From Octopus sinensis (lineage: Eukaryota): a stretch of 64,000 bases of DNA. This document shows positions 36,520 through 48,599 of this stretch, in pieces. The DNA is taken from contig NC_043011.1 in NCBI RefSeq assembly GCF_006345805.1, positions 49,860,464 through 49,924,463 on the forward strand. The letters are read 5' to 3'. How positions within the stretch are numbered: the stretch's first letter is position 1; each line of letters starts with the position of its first letter. The notes beneath the pieces are model-generated. The model saw only the letters and a list, made by a program, of their open reading frames with translations, had not been told where the DNA came from and did no database searches. Both the position numbers and the translations under genes were made by a program.

Positions 36520-37420
36520 AAATGTGTGTGTGTGGTGTTTGTGTTTGTGTATGCGTATGTGTGTTTACGTGTGTGTGTGTGTATGTGCATGGTCATGTGT
36601 GTATGTTAGTGCGTTTGTGCGCGTGCGTGTGTGTGTGTGCACGCCCAAATGTGTATGTTAGTGTGTTTGTGTGTGTGGTTGTGATTGTGTGTGTGTTTGT
36701 GTATGTGTATGTGTGTTTACGTGTGTGTGTGTGTATGTGCATGGTCATGTGTGTATGTTAGTGCGTTTGTGCGCGTGCGTGTGTGTGTGTGCACGCCCAA
36801 ATGTGTATGTTAGTGTGTTTGTGTGTGTGGTTGTGATTGTGTGTGTGTTTGTGTATGTGTATGTGTGTTTACGTGTGTGTGTGTATGTGCATGGTCATGT
36901 GTGTATGTTAGTGCGTTTGTGCGCGTGCGTGTGTGTGTGTGCACGCCCAAATGTGTATGTTAGTGTGTTTGTGTGTGTGGTTGTGATTCTGTGTGTGTTT
37001 GTGTGTGTGTGTGTGTTTGTTGTGTGTGTGTGTATGTGCATGGTCATGTGTGTATGTTAGTGCGTTTGTGCGCGTGCGTGTGTGTGTGTGCACGCCCAAA
37101 TGTGTATGTTAGTGTGTTTGTGTGTGTGGTTGTGATTGTGTGTGTGTTTGTGTGTGTGTGCGTGTGTTTTTTGTGCGTGTGTGTATGTGTGCGTGTGTGT
37201 GTGTGTATGTGTGTATATTAGTGTTTGTGTGTATGTGTGATTGTATGTATGTTTGCGTGTGTGTGCGTTTGTTTGTGCTTGTGCATACGTGTTTGTTTAC
37301 ATATTTGTGTGATGTGCCTGTATGTGTGTGTGTGATGTATTTGTTTTTGTGTGTGTGTGCTTGTGTGTGTGTGTGTGTGTGTGGTGTGTGTGTGTGTGTG
37401 TGTCTGTGTGTGTCTGTGTA
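36520..37420. repeat. TG-rich minisatellite: four ~150-bp higher-order units (36550-37160) within a degenerate (TG)n tract
   Basis: GCATGGTCAT recurs at 36587, 36739, 36889 and 37038. Confidence 0.9.
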
Positions 37421-37700
37421 AATACCTATCTCAGAACCAAATGGTCCCCGTCAATTTTGAATGATTTATTTTACTTTTGTTCTGGAGATATTTGCTGGTC
37501 GAAAACATTTCCTTCTCGCCACTCAGCCATGGTAGTGCAATTCATGTGGATGCCTGACGGAAACATTCCGTTTATTTTCAAGTAATTCCACAACGTCAGT
37601 AACCATACGACGGGATTCTTTCCAACAGCCCACTTTCAAAGGGCTCGTGTCGACCTGATGATGCTGATTCCTCTCGTTTAAAACTAAATGGTATAATCAC

Positions 37701-38296
37701 TGCGAGCTGGCAGAAACGTTAGCACGCCGGACGAAATGCTTAGCGGTATTTCGTCTGCCGTTACGTTGTGAGTTCAAATTCCGCCGAGGTCGACTTTGCC
37801 TTTCATCCTTTCGGGGTCGATAAATTAAGTACCAGTTACACACTGGGGTCGATGTAATCGACTTAATACCTATGTCTGTCCTTTTTTGTCCCCTCTATGT
37901 TTAGCCCCTTGTGGGTAATAAAGAAATAGGTATTTCGTCTGCCGTTACGTTGTGAGTTCAAATTCCGCCGAGGTCGACTTTGCCTTTCATCCTTTCGGGG
38001 TCGATAAATTAAGTACCAGTTACACACTGGGGTCGATGTAATCAACTTAATACCTATGTCTGTCCTTGTTTGTCCCCTCTATGTTTAGCCCCTTGTGGGT
38101 AATAAAGAAATAGGTATTTCGTCTGCCGTTACGTTGTGAGTTCAAATTCCGCCGAGGTCGACTTTGCCTTTCATCCTTTCGGGGTCGATAAATTAAGTAC
38201 CAGTTACACACTGGGGTCGACGTAATCAACTTAATACCTATGTCTGTCCTTGTTTGTCCCCTCTATGTTTAGCCCCTTGTGGGCAGTAAAGAAATG
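37701..38296 (+). mobile_element. Nin/Deu-domain SINE: one head plus three 184-bp body/tail units, 11-bp TSD
   Basis: Units start at 37746, 37930 and 38114; domain GCCTTTCATCCTTTCGGGGTCGATAAATTAAGTACCAG; TSD GGTATAATCAC at 37690-37700 and 38297-38307. Confidence 0.92.
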
Positions 38297-38528
38297 GGTA
38301 TAATCACACTCTTGCTTGCGGCAAAAGGAATCTCAGTGCCTCGTGCAATCATGTACTGGTCAAGTCCATCACCAAACTGAACTACATTACGTCCTCACTG
38401 AAAATCAGACGACGTCTTTGCGTCTAATGTTTGCGTCATAGCTACTGTAATCTGAAATGAAAAATAATAATGCATTAACAAGTTTGAAGAGCCAGGTATA
38501 AGGAAAGGTATAAGAGCCAGGTATTGAA

Positions 38529-38945
38529 GGCGGCGAGCTGGCAGAAACGTTAGCGCGCCGGGCGAAATGCTTAGCGGTATTTCGTCTGCCGTTACTTTCT
38601 GAGTTCAAATTCCGCCGAGGTCGACTTTACCTTTCATCTTTTCGGGGTTGATTAAATAAGTACCAGTTACGCACTGGGGTCGATACGATCGACTTAATAC
38701 CTATGTCTGTCCTTGTTTGTCCCCTCTGTGTTTAGCCCCTTGTGGGTAATAAAGAAATAGGTATTTCGTCTGCCGTTACTTTCTGAGTTCAAATTCCGCC
38801 GAGGTCGACTTTACCTTTCATCTTTTCGGGGTTGATTAAATAAGTACCAGTTACGCACTGGGGTCGATACGATCGACTTAATCCGTTTGTCTGTCCTTGT
38901 TCGTCCTCTCTGTGTTTAGCCCCTTGTGGGTAGTAAAGAAATAGG
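38529..38945 (+). mobile_element. Nin/Deu-domain SINE: one head plus two 184-bp units
   Basis: Units start at 38577 and 38761 with the same AAAGAAATAGGTATTTCG junction. Confidence 0.92.
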
Positions 38946-39049
38946 TATAAGGAAAGGTATGTAATTACTACTGAGATGTCTGCGTACATACAAGAGTCTA
39001 CAATTATCCACACTTTCATGTGATGTATCTAAGGTACCCCTCCACCACA

Positions 39050-39600
39050 GCGAAAATTGAAGCTTTTTTGAAGATAATAGTTACAGGAGGTGAGGCTTGG
39101 ACCCATCACTTCGAAGCAGAGTTCAAAATGCGGCGTATGGAAAGGGAACACCCGAAATCACTGTAAAAATAGAATTCAAGTCGTTCCTTCTGCAAATAAA
39201 ATGATGCGAAACATTTTTAGGGATGCAAAAGATCATATCCTGGAATATTACCTAAGAAAGGAGTGTACAGTCACCAGTGCAGCTTCCAGTAAAATGCTGG
39301 TCAACCGATTGAAACCAGCAATTCGCACCAAACGTTAAGCTTTATTATCAAAGCACACCAGCATACGGCCGTTGAAAAATTGGATTTTGATTTGCTGGAA
39401 CAGCCTGCTTACAAATATCCTGACTGGATCGCTCAAATATTCTTTACGAGGTCGTCGGCTTGCTACAGAGAAAGAAGCGCAGAAACTGGTGTATAAATAG
39501 CTCCAAGGCATGTGGATTGCTCGACCTGGAAAAGTGTATCGAAAATCGACGAGACTATTTCGGAAAATGATTTAATGGTTCAACACCTGCTTTAGAACAT
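39050..39600 (+). pseudogene. Mariner transposase catalytic-domain remnant
   Basis: FLKIIVTGGEAWTHHFE, VPSANKMMRNIFRDAKDHILEYYL...RLKPAIRTKR, and C-terminal EKCIENRRDYFGK*. Confidence 0.85.
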
Positions 39601-39602
39601 TG

Positions 39603-39676
<74 letters not shown>

Positions 39677-40046
39677 ATATATATTATATAATATATACAC
39701 ATACATACTTACACAACAAAAACACTAACAACTACACTTACACACTACACACACACACACTTATGCATTGTATCCCTCTATCACGCATCCTAAATAAAAA
39801 GCGACGGCTTTAAGCATATTCAGCCATGCATTGTTAAACTACAATGACAAGACAACGAGATCAACGGATTACAGATGTCTCGCGTGCAGACATCTTGTTC
39901 CTGACACTCTGTGTATCCAATTCGATGAACGAACGTGAAAGAAGATTACAAAAGGTACAAGAACAAATATGATGGTTGAATTTTCTGTAACGCAAACGCT
40001 ATGAAGAAAAAAAATCACCAGCACTAACAACAATAATAATTATTGT

Positions 40047-40220
40047 TTACCAACCATATAGCTCCGGGTTCAGTCCCACTGCATGGCACCTTGGGCAACT
40101 GACTTCTACTATAGCCTCGGGCTGATCAAAGCCTTGTGAGTGGATATGGTAGACGGAAATTGAAAGAAGCCCGTCGTTTATGTGTATATATATATATATA
40201 TATGTGTGTGTCTGTGTGTA

Positions 40221-40252
<32 letters not shown>

Positions 40253-40468
40253 TGTCTGTGTGTCTGTGTTTGTCCCCCAACATTGCTTGACACCAGATGC
40301 TGGTGTGTTTACGTCCCCGTAATCTAGCGGTTCGCCGAAAGGGACCGATAGAATAAGTACTAGTCTTACAAAGAATACGTCCTGGGGTCAATTTTCTCGA
40401 CTAAAAGGTTGTGCCCCAGCATATCCGCAGTCAAATGACTGAAGCAATGTAAAAGAGTAAAAGAGTAA
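40047..40468 (+). mobile_element. SINE family A (extreme 5' end missing)
   Basis: TTACCAACCATATAGCTCCGGGTTCAGTCCCACTGC through the tail AAAGAGTAAAAGAG. Confidence 0.88.
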
Positions 40469-40474
40469 GCCCGG

Positions 40475-40880
40475 GAATTTGGGGAGAAAGGGCTAGTCGA
40501 ATCCATCGACCCCGCTTTTAGTTTGGCTTTCAATTTAATCGATTCTGAAAGGATGAAGGACAATATCAGCCTCAGCTCTGTTTGCCATCAGGACATAAAG
40601 AGACAGCAGAAATGCTAAACATTTTGTTTGGCGTAATAACGATTCTACCAGTTCGCTTTTTTTTTTTTTTTTTAACAATAGTACTTATTTCAAATTTTGT
40701 CTCAAGGCCAGTAATTTCGGGGTTGGGTGAATGTGGATTACATAGATCCCAGTGCTTAACTGGTACTTAATTTGTAATTTATCGATGCCGAAATTGCGAA
40801 AGGGTAATATGGAACTCGGCAGAATTTGATCTCAGATCGTTTGTGCCGAAGAAATGCCGCTAAGCATTTTGTCCGTATCA
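40475..40880 (-). mobile_element. Two old Nin-domain SINE fragments
   Basis: GAAAGGATGAAGG..CAGCCTCAGC and GAACTCGGCAGAATTTGATCTCAG..GAAATGCCGCTAAGCATTTTGTCCG. Confidence 0.7.
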
Positions 40881-40889
40881 TAAAACAGA

Positions 40890-40988
40890 TATGACGATGA
40901 TGATGATAATGATGTTGTTGTTGATGATCATGATGATAACGACGACCACGATGACGACGGTGGCAACGACCACGATGACGATGAAGAC

Positions 40989-41028
<40 letters not shown>

Positions 41029-41044
41029 GTGGTGATGATGATGG

Positions 41045-41075
<31 letters not shown>

Positions 41076-41250
41076 AACGACGACCACGATGACGACGGTG
41101 GCAACAACCACGATGACGATTAAGACGATGATGATGATGATGATGATGATGATGAAGATGATGATGATCATCATGATGATAGTGTTGATGCTGATGATGG
41201 TGGTGGTGGTGGCGGTGGTGTTTGGTAGATGATGATGATGATGATGATTA
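40890..41250. repeat. Degenerate (GAT)n tract with an internal ~139-bp duplication
   Basis: ATGATAACGACGACCACGATGACGACGGTGGCAAC occurs twice (~40932 and ~41071). Confidence 0.85.
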
Positions 41251-41881
41251 TGAACACCTTCAACATAATGTTCTTTTTGTTTGCCACAGAAATGTGAGAA
41301 AAAACGGGACATTTATATATGACAGATTACGATTCGTGTGGAGATATATTACATAAAATCGGTCGAGAATTATGTAATGTAGCTGGACCCCAAAAAGAAA
41401 AAAAATAAAGAACGACTTGAATTTTCAAAACAAAAATAACAAAAATGGATTAGTTTTAGGTTACATCAATACCACATCACTGTAAATTTCTACAGAACAG
41501 AGATTAAGCATCTACAGAATTATCATGAATACGTCTGCTGAATTAAAGACAATATTGTAACGAAAGTCTGTGTGCTTCACATTTGATTATTAATGTTTGA
41601 AGCATGAATGATAACTAATGACTACTGTTAAGATAAAGGGTGGTATTACCTACGAGGATAATCAGTAGAGCATTCTAGAACATATTATCTTGAAGGTACA
41701 TAAATATTTGATGTTTATAGATATTTGTCCTCATTTTGTTTGCTATTAACACAACGTTTCGTCTGGTATACCTTCCTGCCTCCATCAGGTGTTTTGGGGA
41801 AATTTCCAACCTGGGTTCTCAATCCTAAGGAATTTTTCAATGTTAATATTATTATCATTATTATTATTATTATTATTGTTG

Positions 41882-41915
<34 letters not shown>

Positions 41916-41924
41916 ATTTATTAT

Positions 41925-42063
41925 TATTCAGGTCACTGGAATCGAACTCAGAATCTTGAAGTTAGTACCCACTATGCCATATACCCACGGGCATAAGGCG
42001 TAGTGGTTAAGAGCACGGACTACTAAGCTCAAGATTCCGAGTTCGAGACCAGGCAGTGACCTG
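41925..42063. mobile_element. Head-to-head inverted pair of very short tRNA-like SINEs, each ending in (AAT)n
   Basis: Plus copy 41989-42063: GGGCATAAGGCGTAGTGGTTAAGAGC..GAGTTCGAGACCAGGCAGTGACCTGAATAATAAT; minus copy 41925-41986, internally shorter. Confidence 0.85.
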
Positions 42064-42076
42064 AATAATAATAATG

Positions 42077-42124
<48 letters not shown>

Positions 42125-42216
42125 TCGAAAAATACCTTAGGAAACACCCAAGGTATTTGTTGTTAGACATACCATTTACAAAGTCGCGCATGATAAACTT
42201 TTTTCTCCCCGATATA

Positions 42217-42757
42217 TTGAGTTGTCCGGAAAGTTCGTGCCGATCCATAGTAGCTTACTTTTAGACTTATTTTAGAAAATGATCGAGTCCATAAGATAGG
42301 ACTCAACCACAGTTTAAGCTATCTTTTCGTGGAAGAAGGTTTGTTCCTATAACCTCTCTGTTAATTTTGTAACCTTTTAAAATGGAAGATAAGAAAGTTC
42401 CTTTTCGGTACTTGATGCTTTGGGAACCAGACAAAAATTGCTGCAGCTCGGTTGGGATGTGTTACCCCACCCTACATATTCACCAGATATTGCTCCTTCG
42501 GATTTCCACTTATTCAGGTCTCTGCAGAATAGTATTAATGGTAAAAATTTCAATTCTTTGGATAACGTGAAAAGATACCGTGATAAATTCTTTGCCATGA
42601 AACCGCCTCAATTCTGGGAAGAGGGTATTTTCAAGTTATAGGAAAGATGGAGACGCATATTTGGTTCATATTTGGTTGATTAAAAATGTAATGGCAAGTA
42701 TTTATTGAACTTTTTCCTTTCCTTTAAAAATCGGCACGAACTTACCGGACAACCCAA
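42217..42757 (+). mobile_element. Internally deleted mariner (541 bp) with intact TIRs and TA TSD
   Basis: TIRs TTGAGTTGTCCGGAAAGTTCGTGCCGAT / ATCGGCACGAACTTACCGGACAACCCAA (2 mismatches), TA on both sides; N-terminus MEDKKVPFRYLML joined to LGWDVLPHPTYSPDIAPSDFHLFRSLQN. Confidence 0.95.
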
Positions 42758-43144
42758 TAGCTGTTTCACAGTCAGCATGGAATTTCATTACATTAGTTAA
42801 GCAATGATTCCGTCTCACCACGTTTGTAATTGTTATAACTCTAGTGGACCAAAAACCGATGTTGTCATGACACTGACAAATAACCACCAATGACAGCTAT
42901 GGGCGCATTCAAGGAAATTACAACATTTGGTGTAATTAATGTAAAAGTCATTGATCATTATCCAACATTTGTCTCGTAGTTTTAAAGATAACAGGAGGAC
43001 CCTTGACATATTTCTCAACCATAAGACATTATGTACAGCTATGCAAGTTTGCGCTCATTTATATAAAAATATTTATACAAATATAGCATATGCAAGTGTA
43101 TACATTTATATATACATATGTATATGAGTGTGTGCGTATATAAA

Positions 43145-43177
<33 letters not shown>

Positions 43178-43200
43178 TTGTTTGTATGCTTATACATATA

Positions 43201-43235
<35 letters not shown>

Positions 43236-43236
<1 letters not shown>

Positions 43237-43388
43237 GGCATAGGAGTGGCTGTGTGGTAAGTAGTTTGCTTTCCAACCACATGGTTCCGTGTTCAGTTCC
43301 ACTGCGTGGCAACTTAGGCAGGTGTCTTCTACTATAACCTCTGCCGACCAAAGACTTGTGAAACGGAAACTGAAAGAAGCTCGTCGTG

Positions 43389-43458
<70 letters not shown>

Positions 43459-43685
43459 GTATGTGTGTGTATATGTTTGTGTGTCTGTGTTTGCCCCCCC
43501 CCACACACACACACAACATCGCTCGACAACTAATGCTGGTGTGTTTACGTCCCCGTAGCTTAGCGGTTTGGCAAAAGAGTGCGATAGAATAAGTACTAGG
43601 CTTACAAAGAATAAGTCCTGGGGGTTGATTTGCTCGACAAAAGGCGATGCTCCAGCATGGCCACATTCAAATGACTGAAACAAGA
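43236..43685 (+). mobile_element. Full-length SINE family A
   Basis: GGCATAGGAGTGGCTGTGTGGTAAG head through the CTCCAGCATGGCCACATTCAAATGACTGAAACAAG tail. Confidence 0.9.
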
Positions 43686-44048
43686 GATTAAATGCGTAGG
43701 TGTGCATATGTTCACATATAAATACATTGTTATGTACATATTTAGGTAGATAAATAGATAGATATATAGCTATACATATATTCATATACTTACATACATA
43801 TATATACCGTATATACATATATATATATATATATATTCATGAAATGCACAACCACACGCAAACACTAACACAAACATACAGATCAGTCAAAGTATATATA
43901 TATTGCTACATACCATCATTCTTTACGCAGGTGAATGTCTGATGCTTGGGGCGTGCACAATTAGTATAATTAAGTGATAGAACACTCATACCCAACTAGC
44001 CAATCACCTGCAAACACATATATATGCAAACACGTGTGTGTATGAGTG

Positions 44049-44111
<63 letters not shown>

Positions 44112-44539
44112 GTGTGTGTGTGTTTCCATGTGCGTATATCTGTGAATATGTAAATATCTATACGAGACGTAAATCAATATTATAGTGAACATTTTAATCC
44201 GCGCATGTCTGCAACGGCCAAGGACCTTTCACTTGGTCGAACCAGGGTAAGAAACAACCGCGATTAACACACCTGGTTTAATAGGTAAATTACGTTCAGC
44301 GTTCCGTATTCAGGTCAATAGCATCACTGCAGCTTGACTTCTTCTCAGCCGATCATTTATATATAAAAGCCAGTGACCAGATGTCCAGATACACACACAA
44401 GACATTGATAATTGGTGCTGCCAAAAGAATTAATAATGATGTCGTTTATTAATGATCACCTTGCGAGTTGCAGCTGAACTATTTTGTAAGACGACTGTTG
44501 CATTTTGCCGGCGGAGGCGGTGGAGGAAGCTGGGGTTCT

Positions 44540-44746
44540 GCGTCGGTGGTGGTGGTGGTGGTGGTGGTGGTGGTTTCTATGGTGTTTTCTATGGTGATGG
44601 CGCTGCTGCTTGTGCTAGTCTTGGTGATGGTAGCTGTGTTACGTGTTCTTGGTTATGATCTGAGACAGCAGATAATGGTATAGATCACAGTGAGTGTGAT
44701 GGCGGTGGTGGTGGTGTGAGTGTTGTTGTTGATGTTGTTTTTGTTG

Positions 44747-44778
<32 letters not shown>

Positions 44779-45180
44779 GGTTGTGGTGGTGCTGGTGGTG
44801 GTGCTGGTGGTGCTGGTGCTGGTGGTGCTGGTGGTGGTGCTGGTGGTGGCGGTGGTGGTGGTGGTGGTGGTGGTGGTGGTGGTGGCGGTGGTGCTGGTGG
44901 TGGCGGTGGTTGTGATGGTGGTGCTGGTGGTGGTGGTGGTGGTGGTGGTGGTGGTCGCGGTGGTGCTGGTGCTGGTGATGCTGGTGCTGGCGGTGGTGAA
45001 AATAGTGCTACTACTGCCGCTGCTTGTACTGATGATGGTAGAAGTGATTGTGCTTGTGATGATGGTGGTAACTTCGATCGGTGGCGGGCACAGCAATGGT
45101 GATGTTAATGAAGACGGTGGGTGTTGGATTGTGGCGCAGGCCAGAGTGATGGTGTTGGTGGTGATGGTGGTCGTCATTGT
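44540..45180. repeat. Degenerate (GGT)/(GCT)/(GTT)n tract
   Basis: Direct inspection; produces Gly-, Val- and Thr-rich ORFs in several frames. Confidence 0.85.
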
Positions 45181-45399
45181 CGCATAAACACACACACGCG
45201 CACACAAATCATGATTGATAACCATACATGTACAAAAAACTATACATACAGATAGCAGTAAAGACTCGCAAAGTTACAATTAGACAGGCTCATACATATT
45301 CCTCTATATACACATGTATATACGTATACAAGCATAGACACATGCATTGATATGTACACATATAGATACATATAACTAGGCAACAAATACATATGCTTA

Positions 45400-46330
45400 A
45401 ATATCATAGATTGGTATTGTTTACTTTAAACGTAGTTCTGCTGATGGCATCTACAAGATTTGGGCTTCTAGTGTCTGATAGATTAACGCTATACTTAATA
45501 AACATTTGGTCGTATTTGTTATATAGTGGGAATTGGAATTTTAAAATGGAGAAGAATATTTTAGGTTGACGAAATTTAACCTGGAAACTATGCAGAGGAT
45601 TATACCAAATAACTTTCGTTGACCTAATATTTCTCTTAGTGTTAATATCCTGGAGTATGTAGTATTGTAACTGATAATACAATTTCAAGTAACTTGGAGA
45701 TTATTAGTTTCTCTCTGAGAGTTTAGGAATCGAGAGCTGACTAAATCCCTAGAGACTGTTCTTTTATTATTTTCTTGTTGATTTTTTTTATTCACTTATT
45801 GATTTGTCCACACTTTTCAGGATGTGAAAACTGAGTGTTTCGTTCAGTATATAAATATATTTTTCTATATATCCGCTTTTGCTGAGAGCCTCATTGCAAT
45901 AGCAGCTCATTCTGTTAAAAAATTTCCCTATTTGCGTTTAACTTAGATGCTCAGATACATACGCTTTTCATTACTCCATTAATCATTGATCCAGGATGAT
46001 TGGATTCAGAGTGGATATAGTGTAAATTTCCATCCGGGTTTTGGTAATGTTATGTCACAGAAGTTTACAATTTTAATCTTAGATTGGAATGGGAGTGAGA
46101 CATGATAAATCTTAAACTACAAAGGATTTTACGGGTACATTTCACTTATGGTGGGATAGAACCTTCCACAATACGAAGGCATTCGTCTTTGTAAAGACTT
46201 CCTCTAATGCCATAATGTTGTGAAGTAGGTGAAATACAAGACTGTCAATTGTCAATCTGGTTAGGATCCTTAAAACTATTAATGCTTTCAACAGTTTTAC
46301 AACCTTAGCAAGCCCTTTATTCCTCTCTTT
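45400..46330 (-). pseudogene. Decayed Penelope-like (Naiad-like) RT remnant
   Basis: Minus-strand GSLYKDECL (cf. GLYRDDGL), KIVNFCDITL, KPDGNLHYIHSESNHPGSMI, NEALSKSGY, then VIWYNP..FFSIL..FP..VNLS..PNL. Confidence 0.82.
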
Positions 46331-46929
46331 CATGTTATCTCTCTCTCTCTCTCTTTTCCTTTTCTCTGAGTATACCTCTCTAGATTTTAAATTCTCCAAC
46401 TTTGTATCTGTCTCCATTGGCTGATTTATGTGGAGGTTATCTCGGTTAGCCGTGTGTTCAATAAGATTTTAATGTATCGACTCTGTCTATACTTTATGCA
46501 TACGAATGAACAGAGATTTAAATAATAATTTATCATGTGCCTTTGTATATATACATATATACGCAAAATCATCTTAAATTTACATACTTCTGACAGAGGC
46601 TTTTATCATTCAATCTTTACGCTCAATTTCGTATGTATTTTTATACCTTTCGAAATTGATCTTATCTTATATCTGCAAATGCTTTCTCTCCAAACCTAGC
46701 AATTTATAATAAAAGCTTCGAGAAAGTTGATGCATAAAGAATCAGCTCTGAATGCACTGCATCTCATACTAGAAACAGCTGTAAGCTAATGAATTTCATT
46801 ACATACTTTATGGTTCCTTTGTCATTTATCTAATTCATACACACAGATACACACACGAGCAGACAGACACACATGCACATGCACACATACACAAACACAC
46901 ATACATATTGATATATGTATATATGTACC

Positions 46930-46973
<44 letters not shown>

Positions 46974-47615
46974 TATATTATATATAGATAGATAGATAGA
47001 TAGATAGATATAGATATATGTATGCATGTATATATATATATATATATAAATATGTATATACACACATATATATGTATATATATATATTTATGTATACATA
47101 TATATATATACACTCACAGACACACACACATATATATGCATATATATATATATATATATAATATATATATATATATACTCAAACAGGGTGATTGTTGGAG
47201 AAAGAAATAGAGGGTGAATAACTGAGACAACGAAAGAGAAGAGGGAGAGAATAAGAAGATGAGGAAGACAAAGTCAAAGAAAGAAAAGAAATGAAGAGAG
47301 AAAGATTTAGAGTGTCGAAGCAAGAATTACTGAACGAAGATTAGCATAAAATAAGCCGTTTCCATTTGGCGATGAATTTCCTATTTAGAAGTGTTGTTGT
47401 AAAGACTCTTCTGTTATCAATAAGTCATGTCCATTAATCTACTAGAATTTAGAGCATCGTCCTTGAGTACTAACTATTCTAATTAGAGAGAGCTCTTCAA
47501 CAAGATCTGGCTACTTTAATTAGTTAGCTTAGCTAGATACTTAAAAGCATACTTAAAAGTTCTGTCGCCTACCACTCTCATCATCGTCTCTCTATCTATG
47601 TATCTTTCTACTTAC

Positions 47616-47651
<36 letters not shown>

Positions 47652-47780
47652 GCATCTATCTATCGATCTATCGATTCATCTAGCTATATATATATATATA
47701 TATATATAGATAGATAGATATATGTAAAGCCACACACGCAGATATACATATATATATAAATATGTAAACCCACACACGCA

Positions 47781-47825
<45 letters not shown>

Positions 47826-47826
47826 A

Positions 47827-47857
<31 letters not shown>

Positions 47858-47872
47858 CATATATATACATAT

Positions 47873-47931
<59 letters not shown>

Positions 47932-48599
47932 ATGTATAAAAATCCAAACCGGAGACATACATGCGTGATTTCATGCATACGTACCTACATTACATACGTA
48001 CATAAATACATGAATACATATATATATCTTGCCATTTAACTATCTGCCAACGTAGTTTAAGAATACACATATCCAACTGCCTCTCTATCTATTAGTGTAC
48101 CAATATACATATGCAGTTATCTGTACCCAATATTCATCTCTTTATCTATCTACCATATATCTGTATATCCTTCGATCTAAGTATATATATGTCTGTCTAC
48201 CGCCTATTCATCTCTCTCTTTCTTTCTTCTTTATTCTCTTTCTCTCTCTTCCATACACACACATACACACGCACTCTCTCTTTCTCTCTCGCTCTCTCGC
48301 TCTCTCGCTCTCCCTATCTATATATCTTTCTACCTATATCTGACTATCTGTCTATCTTTCTGAATCCTGTCCACTCTAACTCATTACCTAACTCCTATTA
48401 TGCTGACAGACGGTAATTTCAAACTGCAGTTACCATCACTCACAATGATAAAGAGGCAATATTCTAAAGAGAACAAGTGTGTGTGACGTTTTGTGTGCGT
48501 GATCTCTCGTGCTTGAGTGCGTGTATTAATATATACAAACATACGCATTTAGCCACTACATCATTACTCATTAATATCACCAATTCTCTTACATAAAAC

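Noticed and set aside
37746-38296. 184-bp tandem units as a CRISPR-like or satellite array
   Set aside because: The units are whole SINE bodies without unique spacers, in a eukaryotic context.
38400-38465. Minus-strand acceptor TTTCATTTCAG followed by DYSSYDANIRRKDVV*
   Set aside because: A plausible terminal exon in form only; there is no upstream exon or homology to support it.
44653-45225. 190-aa Thr-rich minus-strand ORF as a mucin
   Set aside because: It is the antisense reading of the (GGT)n tract, with no signal peptide or flanking domain.
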